DNA of 64,000 bases from Mustelus asterias. Lineage: Eukaryota. The position numbers and the translations under genes are program-made. The stretch covers positions 84,878,001-84,942,000 of the forward strand of contig NC_135806.1 in NCBI RefSeq assembly GCF_964213995.1, read 5' to 3'. Every line of letters begins with the position of its first letter. Positions within the stretch are counted from its first letter, which is position 1. This document shows, one piece after another, positions 1 to 12,536 of the stretch. Below the pieces are notes generated by a model. That model was not told the origin of the DNA. It was given only the letters and a program-made list of their open reading frames with translations, and made no database searches.

Positions 1-1879
1 TCTGACTACAGACTGCCAGGGGACAGTGCATGGTTGGCACTGGGCGTCCTAAGGGATTGCCTGAGGGGAACCCATCTGGGAATATGTCTCATGGGCGGAT
101 GGATGGGTTTGAGGCCTCTGGGAGGAGAGGGAGTCACCCTCATGCTCGTGGAAGGGATGTGACCCATTCTTTCATCTTTGGCTAGAATTTTTTTTAATTT
201 TTGAAGCTACATATTGCAAAACCAGACTGAATTGGGGATTATATTTTGAGTTAGTTAGCAGGGTACTTTTCTTTTTTTATCTCCTCTACCCTGTTTCCCA
301 CTCTCCAAAATATGTTGAATAATGAACTTATTTCTGGGGTTCAGATGTGTGGTTACAACAGTTTTTGATTCTTTTCTTACACATTTTTCCCTCTGAACTT
401 GTCCTTTTGTGCTGATATTTCCATTAAAGTTCGTACATGTCACTAATTGGTATGATATGTAAATACCAAATGCTGAGTAGCGTGTGGTAGTTATAAAGAA
501 AATATAGATAAAGTGCACACTTTAAATGTAGTTACATACAAGCGCTTCATTGTTACACTTCAGAATTTCTGCTGCTTCAGGAGGCCAGTTAAGGATCGAT
601 AAATAAGCAAGCACAAAGAAAAGGATTTGGGTTCTTGATTCCTGAACTATAAAGAAAAATGTAAAGAAATCTGAATTTCAAGTCATTTAAATAAATCAAG
701 AGTGGAATAGACAAGCATTTGACATTTTTAAAATCAGAATTGGTAATGTAGACAAGTATTTTGCAAAGCCAGGGTAGAAGATGCTTGATTAAAAGTTGAG
801 GCACTTGGAACTTGTAATGGCATAAACACATGCTTTTAGCTTAGAATAGTTAACTTACAAAATCCATTGCTGATTCAGCGGGAACTGGAGGAATGTGGGT
901 ACCATAAACATTTCTAAATGGGTCTCAACATTCTTTTTCAATATGTATTTGAAATTCTTGATGCCATGTTCTGTTAATACATAAAGCTGTTATTAAAGTG
1001 ATGGCTAGTATCCGTAGTGCCAGTTATTATTTTAGAAAGTGATATGAATGGCGGAAAATCATTAGGTGAAATATCAGTTAATAGCATAAGCAGTTTACCC
1101 TGAAACATTGTGGCCACCTGGCTTGACATCAGGAAGGCAGAATAACTATGACCTCGGAGGGCCAAGTCTGCCTTCCCACAATGCTGTAAGTGCCCTCTAT
1201 CCAAAAGCTTAAGCAGAAACTTTGGGGTCAGTTGTCAAACTATCTATTTAGTTTAGTGCAAGTGCTGTGACAGTGTTGTCAGTCATGCAGTCATGATGCG
1301 CTAAGAAAATTGACAGAAGTGAAAACCAAAATGTATTGAAGAAGCCAAACTCCTCCCACAGTGTATTGGGTCAAGTTCTGTTAAAGAAGGGATGTTAAAC
1401 TTGCCTCAACTTGCTTACCTCACCCAAAAGTTTTGTGTGTTGGTGCCAATAGAGAGGCTGCATCACCACAATCCCCCTCTGGTGAGATGAAAATTGTGAC
1501 TCCCTGCTGAGATAATGTCCATGCCTTTGGATTCCCCCTCAGCATCACCACCACCACATTTCCCTCTTTCTCTTTCTTGTTCAGTTTTCCTCCTCTTCAA
1601 CCCCACCCCTCCCCCAACCTAATTAAGGAGAATGTATCTTTTGCATTCATAATGTATCTTTTTGGTTTCAAATTAAAATTTTGTTTTCACATTGTGTATC
1701 TGATTAACTGATTTGGTGTAATTTCCTGCTTTAGGGCAGATTGAACATTGATTATTTTACATAACTCAAAGAAAATCACTGTTTTATATAATCAAGAAAT
1801 ATTCAGAGCTTGATTTTTATTTGACAATCAAAATGCCCCATGTGGTGACAGAAATTTTTGAACAGTAAAGGATTTAAGG

Positions 1880-1997
1880 GTTATGTGAGCTGTCGGGTAA
1901 GTGGAGCTGAGCCCACAAAAAGATCAGCCATGATCTTATTGAATGGCGGAGCAGGCTTGAGGGGCCAGATGGCCGCCTCCTAGTTCTTATGTTCTTA
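1880..1997 (+). mobile_element. CR1 LINE 3' tail fragment
   Basis: ...gatcagccatgatcttattgaatggcgg...tagttcttatgttctt, the same tail as the CR1 ending at ~61008. Confidence 0.75.
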
Positions 1998-2104
1998 TTT
2001 GAAAGAAGAATTGATATAGAAACAAATCAAATGGAAATAGAATTGTGGACAAATGTAGAATCTTAACCAGTTATTTTAATACATTTCTTTTATCTGATAT
2101 TTAG

Positions 2105-2314
<210 letters not shown>

Positions 2315-2689
2315 TAATTTGTATCTCGGGGTCTGATGAGCAGATCCATTGAGCTGCACAACCTTCAAATGTCTTCTCAATGATGTACAATTTTGTGTTT
2401 GTAGTTCCTGGAAAGTGAATACCCTAACTCAGGATAAAAAGGAAGAGTCTCTTAGCAATGTCCCCCCTCATCTGGGAGTGCACTGGAATAATAGCAGAAT
2501 TATCTGGGGAGCAGATTAGCAGAAATTACAAACCATATATTCTTGCTTGACATCAATCTGATTCACCATTTAGCTGAGGAATAGATGCAAGGCCAAGGGA
2601 ACCCAAAGCAAGAGACATTGAAAAACACCTCTCAGGCTATTTACGCACATTTCCCCCAAACTAACCCCCTCTAATATTGCAATATTGAA

Positions 2690-2820
2690 TGAAAGAGATG
2701 CTGTCCTTTAAATGAGACATTACATTGAGACTTTGTCAGGATGTAAAAGTGCTGTTTTAAAAGAGCGGTCTAGTTCCCCTTGTGTCCTGGCCACTATCAC
2801 TAAAGTAAATGATCTTGTCC
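2690..2820 (+). mobile_element. Degenerate DeuSINE-like (Deu-domain) fragment
   Basis: gatgctgtcctttaaatgagac...gatgtaaaag...aagagc...tcccct tgtgtcctggcca resembles the Deu domain as I remember it; highly diverged. Confidence 0.4.
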
Positions 2821-3487
2821 AATGTGAAACCAAGTTTGTTCTTTCTCACTTCGTCTTTTGCATCCAGATTTCTTGTTTTATTGTATTCTGGCTTGACACT
2901 ACAAGTTGCAGAGGGGTCATCTCAAGTTGATTGTGCTTCAATATCTCCCCAAAGAGGCTGAGCTTGAAATTGGATTAAACATCAAATTGTTTGCACAAGG
3001 GTTACATGCATCACTCGAATTCCAATGGGTTGTGCTATATCTCTGCATGAAAATTAATTTCAAGAAATAAATGTGTACAACACTGAGCAGCTAAGCGAGC
3101 AAGTTATCAATTTGATCCCTTATCAGTGCTACATAAATCAGATTCTGATTATTCAGTAATTCTGTGTGGATGTTGGGTTAAGACACGATCGGACTTGTGT
3201 GTAATGTCTCAATGCTCAAATAGCCTGTAAACATTTTCTCTTTGGACTTCCACTTGGGAAGATGTTGGGGACTCCTGGTGCCCTGACATAGAAACAATGC
3301 CGTGAAAGATTCCAGGGGAGAACATTTTCAAAAGTACAAAAATTTAAATTGTAAGCCAGTGTTGTTGGCAGCATGGTAACACCTAAACAATTGCTTTGTG
3401 GCATTATCAGAATTTGTGTTTGCCTGTTATAGTGGGATATTTGAAAGTACTGTGTCCATACTTATTCATGTTTTTGTGTCTTTCCAG

Positions 3488-3537
3488 CCAAGAAAGCAAC
3501 AGCAAACCTAATTTTCGAGGAGAAGAAGAGCACTTAA
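3488..3537 (+). CDS. REEP5: REEP5 last coding exon
   Basis: tttccag|CC AAG...ACT TAA. Phase 1 matches the previous exon. Gives AKKATANLIFEEKKST*, resembling the human end AKKATVNLLGEEKKST. Confidence 0.93.
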
Positions 3538-3826
3538 AGTCTGAGCTTGCTTTTATCTTCGGCTCCCTGGAATCCAGAGTGTTAAGATATTACCTTTGGA
3601 AAGTTTTTTTCAATGCACACTTTAAATGTATTTCTTATAACCTATATGCTGAATTTTACCAAAATCAAGAAAGTGGAAAAAATGTATGGTACCCAAATGT
3701 AATATTACAATCAGTGTTTAATTGCTTGTAGCAAATATTTCATGGACTATTACCAATGATGCAGATACAGTTCTGAGTGACATTTTTTCTGGTCTGTCTT
3801 GTCCTTTTATTGTCTGGTAAGTGTTC

Positions 3827-3832
3827 AATAAA
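3827..3832 (+). terminator. Candidate REEP5 polyadenylation signal
   Basis: AATAAA ~290 nt after the stop codon in an AT-rich UTR; no transcript evidence. Confidence 0.5.
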
Positions 3833-5119
3833 CTTGTAAAGTTGACTCGTTACTTCATTTGAATGGTTGATCCCCAAGTGTTAAGTACAGTTGCAGACTG
3901 TAAATAAGGCTATATCAGTTGGCTACGCAAGTTAATTGGGTGTGGTTTTAAAAATAATGCTTTAGTCACCAATGCAGTTGGTTTCATTAGGACTAGGCTA
4001 ATGTTGCCCACCAGGGTGGAAATAATGTCACTATATGGACAGGGCCAAGCAAATAGTATCTATAATTTTCATAAGCCAATGGGATAGCAGACGATTGAGA
4101 ACTAAAAGGAGATACAATATATGGCAATATTTTTTGGAATTGCATTATTTAAGCAAAATACCAACATGCATTTATATAGCATCTTTAGTACAGAAAAATG
4201 TGCCAGTGTTGTACAAGAGTATAAGTGAAATCTAAATAGCTGCAGTCCCAACTGTTAATAGTGGAGAAAAAAATGGGTGGGGGAGATTGCACTATAGGCT
4301 GGAGTCAGAAATGGAGAGTTCATGGATTGTTAAATCACAGGTTGGAGATCAAAAAGCATGGAGAGATTAAAAGTATGAGAATGTTAATTGTGAAACACTT
4401 ACAGATCAGGAGTTAATGTAGGTCAGTGAGGGCAACAACTTAAATTTATAAAGGGCAGGATTCTCCAATCTCGGCTGTAGCCATTGTGCTGCCAAGGAGA
4501 ATGGAGAGTTTAGCACTCAGCCAAAACTCCATTCTTTACGGTGGCATCGGAGAATCCCAGCCACAGCCAAGATCAGGGGTTTTTGGCCATAATACCTTAA
4601 ATGCAGCAAAAGTGTTCCAACGACAACTTACATGGTGCATTTTATGTATAAAATATCTCAAGGCACTTCACAGATACAGTAAAACACAGGTCGGTTTACC
4701 TCAATTGGCTGAACAGATGCTTCAGGATGCAGAGCTACACCAATGGTGAATTCCTGGCCACACCCTCTCGACCTTGTCCTTCACCTGAGGTCTGTTGATC
4801 TTCAGGTGAAGTCACCACGCTGTTTAGGGAGGGAATTCCAGAACTTGGGGCTAAAGGCACAGCCATCAAGGTGGAGATTATGATCTGAGATATTCAAGAA
4901 GCTGGACTTAAAGGAGCACAGATACCTTCGGGAGGGTTGTAGGGCTGGAAGAAATCCGAAATGGGGAGGACAAAGACCACGGAAGGATTTGAAAACAAGA
5001 GAATTTTAAATCAAGCCAGTGTAGATCAACAAACAGAAGTGATCACTGAATGGGACCTTTGGTTTGAGTGAAGATGAGGGCAGCAGAGGGATGAGCACAA
5101 GTTTGTAGGATGGAAGATG

Positions 5120-5730
5120 AACAAAGAAAATTACGGCACAAGAACAGGCCCTTTGGCCCTCCAAGTCTGCACAGACCAAGCTGCTCAAATGAACTAAAAC
5201 CCCCTACCTTTCCTGGGACCATAATCCCTCCACTCCCATTCTATTCATGTATTTGTCAAGACGCCCCTTAAAAGTCATTATATCTTCTTCCGCTACCTCC
5301 CCCGACAGTGAGTTTCAGGCACCCACTACCCTCTTTTTTAAAAAAAACTTGCATTATACATCTCCTTTAAAGCTTGCACCTTAAACCTATGCCCCCAAGT
5401 AATTGACTCTTCCACCCTGGGAAAAAGCTTCCGACTGTCCATGCCCCTCAACCTTGTAGACTTCTATAAAGTCACCCCTCAACCTCTTGTTCCAGAGAGA
5501 ACAAACCAAGTTTCTCCAACCTCATAGCTGATGCCTTCCATGCCAGGCAACATCCTGGTAAATCGTTTCTGTACCTTCAAAGCCTCCACATCCTTCTGGT
5601 AGTGTGGTAACCAGAATTAAACATTATATTCCAAGTGCGGCCTAAGTAAGGTTCTACAAAACTGCAACGTGACTTGCCAATTTTTAAACTCTGCCCCAGC
5701 ATGCCATACGCCTTCTTGACTACCTTCTCC
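5120..5730 (-). mobile_element. CR1 LINE 3' fragment
   Basis: Starts with the reversed tail (aacaaagaaaattac...gaacaggcc). Body colinear with the copies at 11972-12460 and 61009-61596. Confidence 0.85.
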
Positions 5731-6013
5731 CTCTCCACCCCTACCCGTGTCTTATCTGCTTATCAGAGGAGCCTGCTTTCTTCATTAATGCCTCTGTTAG
5801 TGCGTGCCTCTACTTCCACTGAGATATAGTCATTCCAAACTTCCGTGACAAAACTTCTAATTAGGGCTAATTGTGAAGCATTTGATAAACTATCAATATT
5901 TTGCAGCAATGTGCCGACAGCATCGATTCTTTGAAGTAAACCATTCCACAAAACAGTAAAAACTGCAATATCGTACCTTTCAAATTTCTCAACTAAGGGT
6001 TTTGCTTCTGCTT

Positions 6014-6335
6014 TCATAGAATCCCGATGGTGGAAAAGGAGGCCATTTGGCCCGTAGAGTCTCCAACAGTAATCCACTCAGGCCCTATCCACATAACCCC
6101 ATGTATTTACCCCACTAATCTCCCTAACTTCATATCTTGGCACACTAAGGGGCAATTTAGCATAGCCAATGTACCTAACCTGCACATCTTTGGATGGTGG
6201 GAGGAAACCGGAGCACCTGGAGGATATCCACACAGACATGGGGAGAATTTGCAAACTCCACACAGTCAACCAAAGTGGAATTGAACACGGGTTCCTGGCA
6301 CTGTGAGGTAGCAATGCTCAGTATTGTGCTGCCCC
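6014..6335 (-). mobile_element. HE1-type tRNA-derived V-SINE
   Basis: Diverged reverse copy of the SINE at 17327-17676 (V domain, CR1-like tail). Confidence 0.85.
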
Positions 6336-7119
6336 ACAAACACATGGTTTCTCTGAATTTGATGTGGCTTTGTCTGATATTGACAACATTCAGTTTCAAA
6401 GCCAAAACAGCATCTGCTCCTGGTGTCACAAATTCTTTTGATTGTCAGATATTTTCCAAGTGCCTGCTCCAAGCATGATTGCAACATATTCCACCAACGG
6501 GTGGAAACCAAATAAAAGGTTTTGAGCAAATTCAACAGAAGTACAGCTGTCACACACAAATTCAGCTGCTGCATTGCAGATTGAATTCAAGGAGTGACTG
6601 GAACATGGGATGAATCATGCACAGGGGCTTACATTGTTCAGTCTTGCTTGTAGAATAGACCTGAATATTTTCCTGCCATATCTGCAGCATTATCGAAGCT
6701 CTGCCAATGAAAAATGTGATGTCCAAACCTAACTTTACAATGATTTCCAAAACAATTGTTTCCAGGCGCTCAGAAGTGTGGGATTGTAGTGGACAAAACA
6801 GAAAAATCGCTTGACACCTTCACCATTGCTGGTCACAAATCTTAAAGTCAACGTTGATTGGTCCAAATGACTCACATCTGGTGTTTAATCAACTATTATG
6901 GAATAGTATTTGGCATCTTTAACGTCATTGGTGAATTGGTTTCTGAGCCGCTGCCATTATCGTGATGAAGTCATCATAGGTTCTGTACATTAAAATGTTG
7001 GTCTTCCCCGAGCCACAATATTGATAACTTTTCAAATGCTCTTTGAGAAGCTCCTCAAATTCATTGAGATATTCAAGGCAGAAAAAATATCTCTAACTTG
7101 ACACTGATGATTCATCATG

Positions 7120-7470
7120 TCCTAGAATCTTACAGCACAGCGGCCCTTCAGCCCATCAAGTCTGCACCGACACATTAGAAGCACCTGAATTCCTATCTAA
7201 TCACATCTGCCAGCACTTGGCACGTCATAACATGCAGGGATATAGGCCAAGTGCTCATCCAGATATGTTTTAAAGGAAGTGAGGCAACCCCTCACCACCC
7301 TCACAGGCAGTGGATTCCAGACCATCACCACCCTTTGGGTAAAAAGGTTTTTCCTCACATCCCCCCCTAAACTTCTTGCCCCTCACCTTGGGCCTGTGTC
7401 CCCTCGAGACTGACCCTTCAATTCAGGGGAATTGCAGCTCTTTATCCACTCTGTCCATGTCTCTCAATCT
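7120..7470 (-). mobile_element. CR1 3' fragment inside the hAT relic
   Basis: ggcccttcagccc...cctcaccaccctc...ttccagaccatcaccaccct matches the CR1 3' region. Confidence 0.7.
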
Positions 7471-7774
7471 TCTTAAAAGGAAGTCCCAAGGATGACAGCA
7501 GTTTGACAATGACAACACATATTAGCACTTCCCTCTAATAAACACCCCTGTTTTACAAACTGACCTGAAAACACAATCAATTCTTCCAGATGATTCACAT
7601 CTTTGAACGAACCCAAACATAGCCTTAATATGACTTTTGGAAGTTTCATGATCAGCAAGATCTCTTTCAACATTCATCAACAGGTCCTCAAACTGGAGGA
7701 ATGTTAGTTGTTCCAGTGCAGTTATAACACTTACATCTCCCTGGAAAAGTGGATAATTGTCCAGGTATGTTCTG

Positions 7775-9278
7775 TGAACAAAAAGCTGGACAAATCCAAC
7801 CTGGCCAATTACCCCCAATCAATTTCCCCTCAATCAGTAAAGTGATGGAAGGGATTATCAACAGTGCTATCAAGCAGCACTTACTCAGCAATAAGCTTGT
7901 CTCAGACTATTTGTTTGGGTTCCGCCAGGGTCACGGAGTTCCTGATCTCATTACAGCCTTGGTTCAAACATGGACAAAAGAGCTGAATGCCTGAAGCGAT
8001 GTGAGTGACATCAAGGCAGCAATTGACCGAGTATGTCATCAAGTAGCCCTATCAAAACTGGAGTCAATGGGAATGAGGGGAAACCCGCCGCCAGAGTCAT
8101 CTCTATCTCAAAAGAAGATGGTTGTGGTGGTTGGAGGTCAAAGATGTTCAATTTAGGTGGATTGGCCATGATAAATTGTCCATTAGTGTCAGGGGGGGGG
8201 GGGGGGATTAGAAGGGTAAATATATGAGGTTACAGGGATAGGGCCTGGGTAGGATTGTTGTCGGTGCAGGCTCAATGGTCCAAATGGCCTCCTTCTTGAC
8301 TGTAGGGATTCTATTATTCTATAATCATCTCAGCAGGAGTTCCTCAGTTACATCCTAGGCCCAACCATCTGACCTTATGATGGAAGGAAGGCCATTGAAG
8401 AAGCAGCTGAAGTGTAGATGTTCACTACCATTCGCAACTTCTCAGATACTGAAGCAGTTCACGTCCAAATTCAGCAAGTTCTGTACAATATCCAGGCTTG
8501 AGCTGACAAGTACCAAGTAACATCTGCGCCACACAAGTGCCAGGCAATGGCCATCTCCAAAAAAGAGAGGATCCAACCATCACCCTTCATATTCAGTGAC
8601 ATGATCATTGCGGAATCCTCCATTTTCAACATCTTGGAGGTTACCATTGACCAGAAACAGAACTAGCTATATAAATACTGTGACTACCAGAGCAGGTCAA
8701 AGGCTAGGAATCCTGCAGCGAGTAAAACATCTCCTGACTCCCGAAAGCTTGTCTACCATGTACAAGGCACAAGTTGGGAGTGTAATGGAATACTCTTCAC
8801 TTGCTGGCTGAGTACAGCTCCAACAACCCTCAGGAAGCCTGCCACCATCCAGGGCAAAGCAGCTGCCCGATTGCTATCCCTTCCACAAACATTTGGTCCC
8901 CCCGCCACACAGTGGCAGCAGTGTGTACCATCTATAAGATGCACTAAAGCAATTCAGCAAGGGTCCTTAGGCAGCAGCTTCCAAACTTTCGCTCACGATC
9001 ATCTAGAAGGGCAAGAGCAGCAGATACCTGGGTACACCACCACCGGGAGGTTCCCCACCAAGTCACTCACCATTCTGACTTGGAAATACATTGCCATTCC
9101 TTCACTGTTGCTGGGTCATAATCCCGGTACACCCTCCCTAACAGCACAGTGGCTGCACCTACACCTCGGACTGCAGCAGTTCAAGATTGCAGCTGACCAC
9201 CACCTTCTCAAGGGCAATTAGGGATGGACAATAAATGCCGGCCTAGGCAGCAACGTCCACATCTTGTAAATGAATAAC
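7775..9278 (+). mobile_element. Non-LTR retrotransposon (CR1/L2-clade family, distinct from the main CR1s), 5'-truncated, with an HE1 fragment at ~8143-8320
   Basis: RT-like peptides (SISKVMEGIIN...FGFRQGH..PDLITAL; YKAQVGSVMEYS). Tail gggcaattagggatggacaataaatgcc...gaataa. Confidence 0.8.
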
Positions 9279-9789
9279 AAACAATAGCTTGGGTCTAAAA
9301 GCAGGAAGACTTGTAGAAAAATTACAGTGCGGAAGTTGGTGTGGAAATATTGAGGCAATAAGCAATTGTAAGTCACCAATCGTTGGCACTGGCCTGATCG
9401 TTTCCAATTCTGTGCTTTACTTTGTACCTAAAATGTACTCTTCATCTTACACTTAAGATTTTGAAAATAAGAAACTGCAATTGAAAACGGAACTGTTTCT
9501 TTATTTCATTACAATCAGCTTGACAAAAGGCATGTATTTCTTTTCAAGCAAAAGAGCTTTAGCATACTTTACAGATATTGAATTATGTGCAAATATAGTA
9601 ATATTTATGGCACAACAGCAGAGCATTTAACCCATCTTGTCCATGTCAGCCAAATTTTGCAGCTTCATTCGCTGACGAATTCTTACTTTGAATGTCCGTC
9701 ACACTTGTCTTTGTGATATTAATTTTCTCTCAAAAAAAGCTCTGCCAAATCTACATCAGCTTAAACTCCATTAAGCTCTCCAATAATCA

Positions 9790-9922
9790 GACAATGCAGA
9801 CGGAGCCCAGTTGGCCCATCGAGTCTGCACCCACTCTCCAACAGAGCATCTTACCCCGCCCTATACCCGTAACCCCACACATTTACCATGGCTAATCCCC
9901 CTGACCTACACATCTTTGGACT
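9790..9922 (-). mobile_element. HE1 SINE 3' fragment
   Basis: ggcccatcgagtctgcac...cacatctttggact. Confidence 0.7.
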
Positions 9923-10080
9923 TTCAAGAATGGCATCGCATTTTAAAGGGATGAATTAAATCATTTTGTTATGGACATGAACGCGAAGTCAGAAATGCAA
10001 TGAAAAATTAACCATAGGGCACCTTTTAAAAAATATCTGAATATGTTCCTACCTTAATCTAAAATAATTATAATTTTGAA

Positions 10081-10086
10081 TTTATT
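10081..10086 (-). terminator. Candidate SRP19 polyadenylation signal
   Basis: AATAAA on the minus strand ~140 nt after the stop; another lies at 9500-9505. Confidence 0.5.
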
Positions 10087-10226
10087 CCCTCCCAACTACT
10101 AAGAACAAGGCGGTGCCAATTTTGTCTTACGTTATGGACCAAATGCAAACACAACATGCTCAACGGGTTTACTATATAGGAATGGTGTCAAAATAAATAT
10201 AACTAAAGCTAGCGACATGAATAGAA

Positions 10227-10360
10227 TTACTTCTTCTTCTTCTTCTTGCTTTTCTTGCCACCTTCTCCTGGTTGTGCATTCTGATCTCCTCCTCCAGCCT
10301 TCTGAGTCCTGGTTTTCAGTTTCGGAATCATTTCAGCGACATGTAACATTACTGACTTAC
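10227..10360 (-). CDS. SRP19: SRP19 exon 5 (last coding exon)
   Basis: ctctctccag|GT AAG TCA... Translates (R)KSVMLHVAEMIPKLKTRTQKAGGGDQNAQPGEGGKKSKKKKKK*, the SRP19 C-terminus with lysine tail. Confidence 0.96.
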
Positions 10361-10543
10361 CTGGAGAGAGAAAAGAGGTAGAAAAATAGGGTTTGTTAGT
10401 GATTTTGAAACGGCTCCTCAGTTTACACATTTATTTTCAGTGCCAATAAGTTCCCTTAGAGACACACATTTGGGTCTGCTTAAAATATTTTCAAGTGTCC
10501 CTTTCTTGCCCCACTTGGTCACTCGGAACCACCGAACTATTTC

Positions 10544-10760
10544 CTTCTACAAGATACACTGCAGGAACTCACCAAGGTTTCTTAGGAAGCACCTTCCAAA
10601 CCCACAACCACTAAGAGCGAGAAGGACGAGCAGCAGATACCTGGAAACACCACCACCTGGAGGTTCCCCTCCTAGTCACTCACCATCCTGACTCGGAAAT
10701 ATATTGCCATTCCTTCACTGTCACTGAGTCAAAATCCTGGAATCCCCCCTCTAACAGCAC
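10544..10760 (+). mobile_element. 3' part of the same LINE family as 7775-9278; tail resumes at ~16144-16200
   Basis: Colinear with 8930-9150. The terminal tail (atgctgg...gccagcgatgcccacatccca.aaatgaat) is found 5.4 kb downstream. Confidence 0.75.
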
Positions 10761-11671
10761 TGTTAGAAAAGTATATCTTCCCAGATCAGTCAAAAATCAG
10801 AGGTAACAACTAATTTCTTGATATCAACTTTATTCATATTTCCTATTATAATTCAGGTCAGAAACTCCAAAGTGTTTTATGAAGTCTGCCTGGATCATAA
10901 GATTTGCACTTTGAATTTGGCTAGGGTGAGCAGGAGATGTTCCACTTCAAGTATGATTCAAATGACCCACTAAGGAGCTTTTATCAAACAAAGTTTATTT
11001 AAGAATACAGTTAACATGTATAGAAAGAAAATTAGCAATAACTTTTAACAATTACAAACAAGAAAAAAAACAATGATATTATATAACCCTTAATGAATAT
11101 AGGAAATGTCCCAATCAAACCAATCCCAGAAACAAAATCCTTTCCACAGGTTTAACACAGCAAAGACTAATGCTCACGTGATACTAGAACTTAGCCCTTT
11201 GGTTGAATGTTGCAGTTCTCTTGAGGCACCCACAGGCAAGCTTGGAATCAGAACAGCTTCCCAAACACCACGGTGACCCTAGTCAAACCAACCACCAGCA
11301 ACAGATTTTCTACCCCAGAAAGGCCAGGACCCTTGCTTTCAGTTAACAGCAGAATTTCTAAAACCAGAGAGAGAGAGAAACACTGCTTTCCAGCTTGATG
11401 TCCACCCCCTTCTAAACTAAAACTGAAAATGAATCCTTAGATTTTTTTTCCTGGGGAAGAACCACCTGACTTTGACTTGTCAATCAATTTTCCCCACTTA
11501 CAATGCAAGGTTAGAAAAGATCCCAGAGTAAAAATAAACAAAAGCCATTGAAGTAGCAATAAAAGGACTTCTAGCAGACAGCACGGCAACATAAAAAACT
11601 GAAGAGGACTGCTTACAACTGCAGAGAAATGGATTTTTAAAAAAATTCTTAAAAAGTGCACTAACGTCACA
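10761..11671 (-). mobile_element. 3' LTR of an LTR retroelement, preceded by a polypurine tract
   Basis: The minus strand reads AAGGGGGAA (11680-11672), then TGTGACG...TCTAACA (TGT...ACA ends), with AATAAA at 10994-10999 and 10830-10835. Confidence 0.7.
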
Positions 11672-11971
11672 TTCCCCCTTACATGAATTTACCACTTTTC
11701 TGCCAAACTTTGGATGCATTCACTCTGGTAACTGCACAGAATTCAGCCCAGAAGTGACAGAATGTATTATCAACCTCACTGCTAAACTCCCTGATTTCTA
11801 TGCTCCAGTTTCCAACCCAATTGTTCTGCTCTCCAGATCCAGTACAACAGCACCAGCGTGAACAAGTCACTCGAGAGAGATTAACTTGCAGGGCTTTGGG
11901 GAACAAGATTGACCTGACTACTCAAAAAAGCCAACATGGTCTCAGCTGACCAGCGTCCTTCTGCAGCATAA

Positions 11972-12460
11972 TAAAGAACAAAGAAAATTGCAGCACAGGA
12001 ACAGGCCCTTCAGCCCTCCCCGCCTGCACAGACCATGCTGCCCGAATGAACTAAAACCCCTACTCTTCCGGGGACCATATCCCTTTATTCCCATCGTATT
12101 CATGTATTTGTCAAGATGTCGCTTAAAAGTCACTACCGTATCCGCTTCCACTACCTCCCCTGGCAGCGAGTTCCAGTCACCCAACACTCTGTGTAAAAAA
12201 CCTTGTATATCTCCTTTAAACCTTGCCCCTCGCACTTTAAACCCATGCCCCCTAGTAATTGACTCTTCCACCCTGAGAAAAAATTGACTATCCACTTTGT
12301 CCATGCCCCATATAATCTTGTAGACTTCTATCAGGTCGCCCCTCAACCTCCGTCATTCCAGTGAGAACAAACTGAGTTTCTCCAACCTCTTCTCATAGCT
12401 AATGCCCTCCATACCAGGCAACATCCTGGTAAATCTTTTCTGTACCCTCTCCAAGGCCTC
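11972..12460 (-). mobile_element. CR1 LINE 3' end
   Basis: ORF2 C-terminus RGDLIEVYKI...TRGHGFKV...WNSLP plus CR1 tail. Confidence 0.9.
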
Positions 12461-12536
12461 AATAAATGACTATAACTGAACTGAAGATTTTATATGGAGG
12501 TTTGTGACCTCCATGGTCACATGGTGGACATATCAA

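Larger units (their letters stand above)
5765..7770 (-). pseudogene. Decayed hAT (ZMYM1/DUF4371-like) transposase, interrupted by an HE1 SINE and a CR1 fragment
   Basis: Minus-strand motifs in hAT order: DLADHETSKSH, KYYSIIVD*TPDVSHLDQSTLTLRFV, QSFDNAADMAGKYSG, PCSSHSLN, STRWW, IKRICDTR, VLWNGLLQRIDAV. Contains stops and frameshifts; no TIRs found. Confidence 0.8.
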
